From: the human T2T-CHM13v2.0 reference genome, Homo sapiens
DNA length: 64,000 nucleotides
Assembly: GCF_009914755.1 (NCBI RefSeq)
Contig: NC_060927.1
Strand: one strand, 5' to 3'
Position numbers and translations under genes: made by a program. The notes under the pieces are model-generated. The model had not been told where the DNA came from. It made no database searches and saw nothing but the letters and a program-made list of their open reading frames with translations. Shown piece by piece: positions 47,701 through 64,000 of the stretch. How positions within the stretch are numbered: the stretch's first letter is position 1; each line of letters begins with the position of its first letter.

Positions 47701-48374
47701 AATCTGGATTATCTGAGTTCCTTATGATTAGACTCAGGTTAATTGGTTTTTTTATATGAATACCTAAGTATTTTGGGGTGTTTCTCATTGAGTTATACCA
47801 GGAGGCACAAAAAGTCTTACACTTGGTGAGTTTAATGGTTTGATTAAGTTGTTTTCGTTTGTTATACACTAAAGGTTCAATTATCCTTTGATGTTAAGAG
47901 GCAATCTATGCGGTAATATTTTGAGAACAAGTGATTATCCCATTCCCCAATAAATAGTTTTAACATCTGTGGATACTTCTTGTCTGAAGCATTTGTTACA
48001 TTGGTGATTGCAAAATAATGATTTTCCTAATACTGTCATTTTTCTATGAATTTGTTAGCTGGCATTCTTCTGTAGGGAAGAGTTTCCTCCCTTGCCCTCC
48101 AGATCCTTTTTAAAAAATCCCCATGGACTCATGGATTTTAAAAAAATAGCCTAATTGAGTTAGAATTCATGTACCAGACAGTTTACTCGTTTAAAGTGAC
48201 AGTTCAAGGGATTTTACTATATTCATAAGTGTGTGCAATCACCACCATAGTCATGGATTCTTTTTTTGTTCGGTAATTATAGTCTATTACCATTAGTATT
48301 ATTCTTTTGATACTTAAACTGTCCCATATTTGTCCAGTGGGGAGCCTCTTCAGCCTACTTCTGTGTTCATGTGA

Positions 48375-49015
<641 letters not shown>

Positions 49016-49284
49016 CCCATTAGTCTTTGAGAACCTCCTTGCTGGTGTAGCAAGGTATCTTAGTCTTACCTTGTACTCTCCCTGCCCCAGTCCTGTAATC
49101 AGCCCCTCCCCAAGGGGGCCTTGATTCCTTCTGGTGGGGAGTGGTATTTAGAAACTATAGGTGTATCATTGCATCTAGGCTCTTTTATTGGGCAGAAAAA
49201 AAAATTAAATTATTTCATCTTTCCCATTTCATATATTTACATCAGGCAAGAAGAACACAGAATTATGATTTATTTTAAGAATTA

Positions 49285-50290
49285 TACTGTAAACTTCTTT
49301 CCGGTGTTCAGTGCTGTGAATTCAGCGTACGTATAGATTTGTATAGCCATCATCACAATCAAGATACAGAACATTTCCATCACCCCAAAGTCCCTTCTGC
49401 TAGCCGATGCATACCCATTTCCCTGCTTCCTACTGCTGGCAACTTTAGCGATCTGTTCTCCATCACTATAGTTTTTTCTGTTTGAGAATGTCATTTAAAT
49501 GGCATTACAGAATATACAGCCTTTACAGATTGCCTTCTGTCACTCAGCGTAATGCCTTTGAGATTCATCCCAGTTATTGCATGTATCAATAGTTTCTTCC
49601 TTTTTATTGCAGGGTGGTATTCCATTGTTAGGACGTATAGTGGAATACAAAAATTATGGTTTATCCTTTGATCTATTGAAGGACATTTGACTTCTTTTGG
49701 TATCATTATTAAGAGAATTCCTGTTAATAGTCATGTATAAGTTTTTGTGTGAACATCATTTTCATTTTTCTAGGGTAGAAATGCAGGAATGGGTTTGCTG
49801 GGCCATGTGGTGAGTGTATATTTAGCTTTATTAGAAACTGTGAACTCTTTTCTTTTCTTTCTTTTTTCTTGAGACAAGGTCTCACTGTGTTAACCCAGGC
49901 TGAGTGCAGTGGCGCAGTCTTGGCTCACTGCAACCTGTTTCCCGGGCTCAAGTGATCCTCCTACCTCAGCTTCCTGAGAAGCTGGGACTATAGACATGTA
50001 CCACCATACCTGGCTAATTTTTGTATTTTTTTGTAGAGATGGGGTTTCACCACGTTGCCCAGGCTGGTCTCAAACTCCTGGGCTCAAGCAGTCTGCCTAC
50101 CTTGGCATCCCAAAGTGCTGGGGTTATTAGGCCACTGTGCCTGGCCCAAACTCTTTTCTGTAGTGGCTGTACAATTTTACATCCCCACCAGCAGTATATG
50201 GTTAGCACTTGATTACTGTCAGGATTTTTATTTTAGCCATTTTAGTAGGTGTGTAATAATACCCCATAATGGTTTTATTTATTATTGTTT
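49285..50290 (-). mobile_element. L1MB-like 3' fragment interrupted by an AluJ (~49850-50147)
   Basis: cacaatcaagatacagaacatttccatcacccc motif; Alu TSD aactcttttct. Confidence 0.75.
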
Positions 50291-50634
50291 TAATCTTAGT
50301 TGACTCTTGAATCACAAAAGTTAAATAGTCCAGAAAATAAATTTATTTGCAAAAAAGAACCACACATATTTATGAGAGAGAAACTTTCTATAAGACTCTA
50401 AGTTTAGAATATTGAGACTTCTATCTCTTGAACATGGTATCTCCATTTACTTTAATCTCCATTTTCTTTAATGTTTCGATAATACTTTATAAATTTGTTG
50501 ACCGTTTTGAATTTTCTTAATTTATTCCTAGGTAATATTTTCTGATGCCACTGAAATGTTATCTGTGTCTTCACTTTTTTATGCTAAAATATTTTAAAGT
50601 CAATTAATATTACACACTTAAATATTTCGGGATA

Positions 50635-50910
50635 GACTGGGCATGGTGGCTCATGCCTGTTATCCCAGCACTTTGGGAGGCTGAGGCAAGAGGGTCACTT
50701 GAGCCCAGGAGTTTGAGACTAGCCTGGGCAACATAGTGAGACCATGTTCCTACAAAAAATTTTTAAAAAATTGCTGCCTGTGGTGGTGCACACCCATAGT
50801 CCCATTTACTTGGGAGGCTGAGGTGGGAGAATCACTTGAGCCCAGGAAGTGGAGGCTGCAATGAGCTTAGATTATGCCACTGTACTCCAGTCTGGGCAAT
50901 AGAGCAATGT
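50635..50910 (+). mobile_element. AluJ-like SINE
   Basis: Dimeric Alu lacking a tail. Confidence 0.85.
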
Positions 50911-52054
50911 TAGAAAGAATGCTGAGTGCTGGAACTCTAATCCATTGCTATCAGAGAGGGAATAAAGTCCTTCTGAAAAAATAGTTTCATATGATACAGT
51001 AAAACTGAAGATCCATATAAGCTGATTTTCTCCACCACTGGCAGGTGTATACCTAACAGAAATGCACATGTGCACCAAGAGACACATGCAACAATATGCA
51101 TATCAATATTGTTTATAACAGGAACAATTTGAGATAAATGTTTCTCAATATGAGAAAAAATAAACTATGATATGTAAGTGCATGGAATAATACACAGTAG
51201 TGTAAAAAGAACAAACTGCAGCTCTTGCAACAACATGGATCAATCTCAACAAATTTCATAACAAGAGATGCAAAGTCATATAGGGTAAGTGCTCATACAC
51301 AGTTCAGAAGCAGTGCTTGCCACATTTTCAAATGGTGCAGCAAATATATATTTATATCCATCTATTGAGATATCAAGAAAACACGGCGAAAGGTTAATAA
51401 TATTTGGGAATCTGGGTGAAGAATATGCAAAAATTCATTGAGCTATTTTGTTACCATTTTGTAGGTTTGAGATTTTTCAACATAAAAGGATAGGAAAGAG
51501 TTAAAAATCAGATTAAAGCTAATTTATATGGTTTTGGAGTACAAACATGGGTAGTAAAATGATAAGAAAATACCACAATTAAGGATAGTACCAACTCTGG
51601 GAAGAAGGATGAACTTTTGCTGAGGAAGAGCCTAGTAGGGGTCTTCTGGTGCTGGTCATTTCTTTACCTGAGTAAATGTGTGAGCTTTCCTTTATAATTA
51701 TCTATTAAACAATCCATATGAATTATATGCATTTTTCATATACATATTTCACAGGAGAAGAAAGGTAAAAACAGTGTAATGAGGTATATAAAAATACTTT
51801 CAAAGAAAGATTGCTATCCACTTGTTAAACATTATTATTATTTTTTTTAAAAAACCCTGCATTTGCTTTGTAACAAGCGAAGTAAGGGGATTTTTGCTAT
51901 GTGAGTTGTTTACCTGAGATAAATTTATCAAAGGCACTTACTGAGGACCAATTTTTGAGGCTACCAATATAATGTCATCTTACTTTTACATAAGGTAGTT
52001 CTTATACAGCTATCAATTCTGAATCTTGTTTAGTTTGGTAATACTAGGTAATAA

Positions 52055-52371
<317 letters not shown>

Positions 52372-53254
52372 TGAGGCCTGGAACGAACCACATTGCCCTT
52401 CTGGGAGCTAACCACAGAAACAAGCACCCTGCCCTTACTAGAGGGGAAATAATGCAGGGAAGACCAACAAACTACTCCCAGGAGTTGATGCTGTTTCTCA
52501 TAGTGGTTTTAATTTTCAGTTCCCTAATGGCTAATGATGTTGAACATCTTTTCATATGCTTATTTGGCATCCTTGCATCTTTTTATCGTGAAGTATCTGT
52601 TCAGTCTTTTTCTCATTTTTAATTGTACGGTTTCTTTGGGAGTTTCGAAAGTTCTTTATATATTTGGAATGCTCATCCTTTGCCCTTAGGTGATTTGCAG
52701 TATTTTCTAATAATCTGTAACTTGTAATTTCTCTAAACAGTATTATTTGCAAAGTTAAAGTTTTAAATTTTGGTAAAGTTCAGTTCATTTTTTCTTTTAT
52801 GAATTGTACTTTGGATGTCATCTCTAGGAACTCTGCCTAACTCTAAGTCATTAAGGTTTTCTCCCATGTTTTCTTCTAAAAGTTTTATAGCTCTATGTTT
52901 TACATTTACATCTATAATCCATTTTGAGTTGATTTTTATTTAAGGGGTGAGGTTTAGCTCAAAGTTTGTTTTTTGCATATATAGATGTCTAGTTATTCTA
53001 ACAGCATTTGTTGAAAAGATTTTTTTTTTCCTCACTGAAATGCTTTTGCATCTTTTAAAAAAATCAGTTGGCCAGATTTGTATGGGTCTGTAGCTGGAAG
53101 AAATATATATATTAAGGAATCTGTATATATAGGTTCCAAGCAATGTCTTTATTTTTCTTTATTTAGGTGTTTGTTTTCATATTTTTGAATATCCCAGTCT
53201 TGAAAGATGATGTTTTGATTTTCTGAGACCTTTCCCTTCGTTTTTTAATTTAAT

Positions 53255-53532
53255 TTTCTTTTTCTCGAGACAAGGGTGTTGCTCTGCCACCAAGGCTGGG
53301 GTGCAGTGGCGTGATCTCAGCTCACTGCAGCCTCCCTTCTGGATTCAAATGCCACCTGAGTAGCTGGGATTACAGGTGTGCACCACCATGCCCTGCTAAT
53401 TTTTGTATTTTTAATAGAGGCGGGGTCTCACCATGTTGGCCAGTCTGGTGTTGAACCCCTGGCCTCATGTGATCTGCCCAACACAGCCTCCTGAAGTGCT
53501 GGGATTACAGGCATGAGCCACCGTGCCTGGCC
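53255..53532 (-). mobile_element. Alu (J/S) SINE
   Basis: Dimeric Alu with a small internal deletion. Confidence 0.85.
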
Positions 53533-53584
53533 TGTTTGTTTTTTTTAATTGATATGATGGCTATCTTAAAAAAGTCTCAAAGCA

Positions 53585-53882
53585 GGCTGGGTGCGGTGGC
53601 TCACGCCTGCAATCCCAGTGCTTTGAGAGGCTGAGGTGGGCAGATCACGAGGTCAGGAGATTGAGACCATCCTGGCTAACACGGAGAAACCCCATCTCTA
53701 CTAAAAATACAAAAAATTAGCCAGGCGTGGTGGCAGGCGCCTGTAGTCCCAGCTACTCAGGAGGCTGAGGCAGGAGAATAGCGTGAACCTGGGAGGCGGA
53801 GCTTGCAGTTAGCCCAGATCACGCCATTGCACTCTAGCCTGGGCGACAGAGCGAGACTCCGTCTCAAAAAAAAAAAAAAAAA
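53585..53882 (+). mobile_element. AluY/Sc-like SINE
   Basis: Full Alu with poly(A); TSD aaaaaagtctcaaa/aaaaaaatctcaaa. Confidence 0.92.
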
Positions 53883-54900
53883 ATCTCAAACTGTTTTCTG
53901 TCTTTTCTCTCCTAAAACATCTCTTTGTTCCTTTTTCTTTTTTAAGTGATAGAAAGGACTGACTTTTTAGTCACTGTTTTTACAGTTCAATAATTCGGTA
54001 TCTTTCACTTTTTTTCTGTCTCTATTTTTCTGAACATGCCTATTTTCTCTTGCATTACTATACTGTTAATATGTAGACAGTGGATTAGAAGCTCAGTTCT
54101 TCCTCTTTTTTGATTCATAATATAGTTACTATTACTTCCTTATATAGATTGTGCCATTAGTTTTTAAAATTCTTGCTGTTGCATTATCATGTAGTAAAAA
54201 TAATTTCAACATTCACCTACGGGAATGAGGAAAAGGTGCTGTGTATTTTGTTTTATCCAAGCACGAAGGATCTTTGCTTTGAGTTGTCTTCCTTACAATA
54301 TCCTATAAAATACATAATCTGAAGTGAGTTGCTAAGATTACTGTTTACTTTGTGCTGAAATAAACCTAGAACCTAAATTATTTGCTTCTTATTGTAGCAC
54401 TGCCTTCTTAGAATTGAAACTCTAAAAATCATGGAATTAATGTGAAGTTTTTAATGCAGAGGACAGATTATAGAAATTTTCTTTGTACACTATCACTCAA
54501 ACGTTTGCTGTAGTTTTGAGAATAATATTGTTACTGAAGTGGTGACCCAGTAATTTTTAGTTCACCAGAAAACATTTATAGAGTAAGTGTAGGGTACAGA
54601 GGTGTAGAATTAGCCATGTGTGGATGGGACAGAGGAGAGAGATTCTGCCCCTAGACAGCTTCTCCTATTTGTGTGTGGAAATTCATGGATATTTGTAAAG
54701 CAGTTCATTAGTAGTTGAACACTCAGTAATTGGATATTTTAAAGTGTTGGAGTACTGACAAGATAAGAACAAATAGACAGTGAAGGAGTGAATCCCTGTC
54801 TCTGAATGAGTTGAATTCTGGGCAGTCCTTTTAGACAACTTAGAAAAAGGAAGGGTAGAGTAAAGGAATTGATATGTTGACATTGGAAAGCATTTTTTTT

Positions 54901-59683
<4,783 letters not shown>

Positions 59684-59790
59684 AAAAATGTGGAAAGCTT
59701 CACGAATTTGCATGTCATCCTTGCACAGGGCCCATGCTAATCTTCTCTGTATTGTTCCAATTTTAGTGTATGTGCTGCTGGAGCCAACGC
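59684..59790 (-). pseudogene. Full-length U6 snRNA retropseudogene fused to L1
   Basis: 107 nt; about 12 mismatches by eye against U6 as I recall it. ACAGAGA box and AGC triad intact; ends in TTTTT directly abutting the L1. Confidence 0.95.
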
Positions 59791-59944
59791 GGAAAGCGTT
59801 ATTTTTAAAAAGTGTGCTTAACTGCCTTTAAGGAGTATTTTTTACTTGTACTTTGAATGGTACTAAAACATTGAGCCTGGGCTTTCTTCATGAAATCATA
59901 TACACCAAACACCCCTTTGGGGTTGGGATTTTTGTTAATTCTTT

Positions 59945-61100
59945 TTTTTTAAAATTTAAATTTACTTTAGGTTCAGGGGTACATGTACTGGTTTGTTATG
60001 TAGGGAGACTTGTGTCATGGAGGTTTGTTGTACAGATTATTTTGCCACCCAGGTACTAAGTCTTGTGCCCATTAGTTTTTTTTTTTTTTCCTGATCCTCT
60101 CCCTCCTCCCAGCCTCCACCGTCCGATAGGCTGCAGTGTCTCTTATTCCCCTCCGTGGATCTATGTGTTCTCATCATTTAGCTCGCAATTATAAATGAGA
60201 ACATGTGGTATTTGGTTTTCTCTTTCTGCATTAGTTTGCAAAGGATAATGGCCTCTAGCATCATCCATATTCCTGCAAAGGAAGTGATGTCGTTTTTTCT
60301 TACGGCTGTATAGTATTCATGGTATATATGTACCACATTTCCTTTATCCAGTGTTTTATTACGGGCATTTAGGTTGATTCCATGTCTTTGCTGTTGTGAA
60401 TAGTGCTGCAGTGAACATACGTGTGCATGTGTCTTTATGATAGAAGGATTAATATTCCTTTGGGTATATACTCAGTAATGGAGTTGTAGCCCTGTAATAG
60501 AGCTTGAAGTCTGGTAGTGTGAGGCCTTTAAGTTTGTTCTTTTTGCTTAGGATTACCTTGGCTACCTGGGCTCTTTTTTTTTGTTCCATATGAATTTTAA
60601 AATAGTTTTTTTCTAGTTCCGTGAAGAATGTCAGTGGTAGTTTAATAGGCATAGGGTTGAATCTATTATATAAATTGCTTTGGGCAGTATGGCCGTTTTC
60701 ACAATATTGATTCTTCCTACTCATAAGCATGGAGTGTTTTTTCATTTGCTTGTGTCATCTCTGATACCTCTGAGCAGTGTTTTCTAGTTCTCCTTGTAGT
60801 ATCTTTCACCTCCTTGGTTAGCTGGATTTCTAGGTATTTTGTTCTTTTTGTGGCAGTTGTGAATGGGAGTTCATTCCTGATAGGTCTCTTGGCTTGCCGG
60901 TGTATAGGAATGCTAGTGATTTTTGTACGTTGATTTTGTATCCTGAGACTCTGCTGAAGTTGTTTATCAGCATAAGGAGCTTTTGGGCCGGGACTATGGG
61001 GTTTTCTAGATATATGATCATGTCATTTACTGAGTTTTTAACATGAAGTGGTGTTGAATTTTATTGAAAGCCTTTTCTGTGTCTATTGAGATAATCATGT
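59945..61100 (-). mobile_element. Older L1PA 3' fragment with two internal deletions
   Basis: 3' UTR plus ORF2 pieces; discontinuities at ~60485 and ~61026 relative to the neighbouring L1. Confidence 0.85.
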
Positions 61101-61724
61101 AGTATTTGTTTATTTATTTATTTCATGCATAACTCCTCAAGTTAGAGGGAGAAAATAAAATTGCGAGTCAAGGTGGAATTTGTTTGGAAGGCTCTGTGTG
61201 ATGTTCTCATATAAATTATAGAAATGAGTAGTCTTAGAATATCAGCATTAAATAGAACTTTTAAAAAAATTCATGTAGCAGTAGGACAAAAGAAAAAGGT
61301 GTAATTAGCTAGTTAACACTCTGTCTACTATGTAGTAACCTATTTACTATGGGTCATTTACTGATTACCACACGTAATTGTTAGGAAAGTCTTTGTAGCA
61401 AAAATGACCATGATGCTCCAGTTTGTGGACAGTAAAGAATCCACTTTGCTTTTGGCTCTTAGTTGTAGGATTACATTTAAAAGATCTCAAATGAATTTAC
61501 TCTCATTGCAATTAAAAAATATAAACTGTTAACTTCTTATCAAAAACACTTTACTGCTGTTCTTTATATTAAAATAAAGTTAGACGTATGCTGAATCTCA
61601 TAAAAACTGGTTGGATACAGAATAAAAAAAGTTGATTTATCTCATGCAAATCAAAAACCCCAAAACAGTTTACAACCTATTTTGTAACTCAGAGGATGTT
61701 AAACAGGCATCACTCATGTTTTGA

Positions 61725-62367
<643 letters not shown>

Positions 62368-62395
62368 ATGTGTGTGTTTTTAAAACTATTTTTTA

Positions 62396-62724
<329 letters not shown>

Positions 62725-63612
62725 TCAAAGTTGGCAAGCATTAAGCATGCTAATTAGTTCAACATACTGACCAATTCTCTGAATTATTAGTTCAAAGAAG
62801 CATGTGGACAGGGATGAAATTAAATTTGGGAATTTTTCACTCTAGTTGTTTTAGGATACTCAGGTTTGCTTTGATCTGTAAATAACAGATGCTTTTCCAT
62901 GCATGGTTTAGAGTACATCAAACATGTTCAAAACTTTATCTCAGATACTTAAAATCAAGTTATTTTATTTTCCTGATATACATGCATTTGCTTTATTTTT
63001 AAAAATAAACTGTCATAAAATAGTTGTAAGGCCATACATAAAATTTACTTTATTAATTGCTAAAATATATTGCTTATTTAAATAATCAGTTTTAAGAGTA
63101 AAAGCTTTGGCAACTATGAAAGCATAGGGAGTATGTGTTCATATGTGAATGTATTGTGTGTGTATGCATAGTATACTTTTAGGTATCTAAGTAGTGAAGA
63201 TAAATGTCTGCTTTACTTTTATTAGCTAAATATTATATTTAACTTAATAATTATTTAATCACTAGAATGAAAATAAAACTTTGAACAGAAGCATTGTTTT
63301 TAACTTAAGTTTCATAGTTTACTACCTCTTTTGGCTCTTAACCATAATTTTAGTACTGGGAAGAATTTTTTTAACGAATGGCATAAAATGGATTGCAGAT
63401 GGGATGAGAAAGGTGCAGGACCAAGAGGGTAAGAACTGAGAAGTCCTCGATTCTGTTTTCCACACTCCCTGAACAGAAGGCTTGACTGGCGTAGGCCCTG
63501 CTCCAACCTAGTGTAGGCTGCAGGAAGCCATGTGACAAGAGTCCAGATTGTTGTCCAATGGTGGAAGCCTCCCATTTATAAGTAATAATAAGAATAAGAA
63601 TGTTTGGCATTG

Positions 63613-63930
<318 letters not shown>

Positions 63931-64000
63931 TTAATTCTAGAACTGAGATGCTCTTTTGCTTAGTAAAGTCATTTTTTCTTTTTGATCATTAAGCTACATG

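Noticed and set aside
59684-59790. Functional U6 gene
   Set aside because: About 11% diverged, damaged 5' stem, no recognisable PSE/TATA upstream, and enclosed in a retrotransposition TSD.

Overview
Human genomic DNA (AT-rich, repeat-dense; a human-specific AluYb8 is present) from inside SLC25A26, the mitochondrial S-adenosylmethionine carrier gene, on the + strand. Four coding exons are present: 3114-3270, 9773-9882, 28620-28724 and 29901-29948. All have GT-AG boundaries and join into one open frame covering residues ~12-151, with two carrier signature motifs. The first coding exon lies upstream, and the >34 kb after 29948 is intron. Everything else is intronic and transposon-rich: Alus (FAM, FLAM, AluJ/S/Y, Yb8, two Alu-in-Alu nests), a Tigger2 inside a MER5, MaLR/ERVL solo LTRs and several L1s. 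Most ORFs in the supplied track are Alu/L1 artefacts or chance frames. I cannot demonstrate a new biological system. Best leads: (1) the four exons form a 420-nt, stop-free, phase-0 cassette bracketed by inverted Alus, a candidate endless-ORF circRNA; (2) a complete U6 snRNA fused to a 4.8-kb L1 within one target-site duplication; (3) an L1 with two internal deletions that both end at AG splice-acceptor-like sites; (4) a twin-primed L1 broken at the RT FADD motif; (5) a poison acceptor 24 nt upstream of the 28620 exon. Repeat subfamily calls are by eye from remembered consensus sequences and need RepeatMasker/Dfam confirmation.
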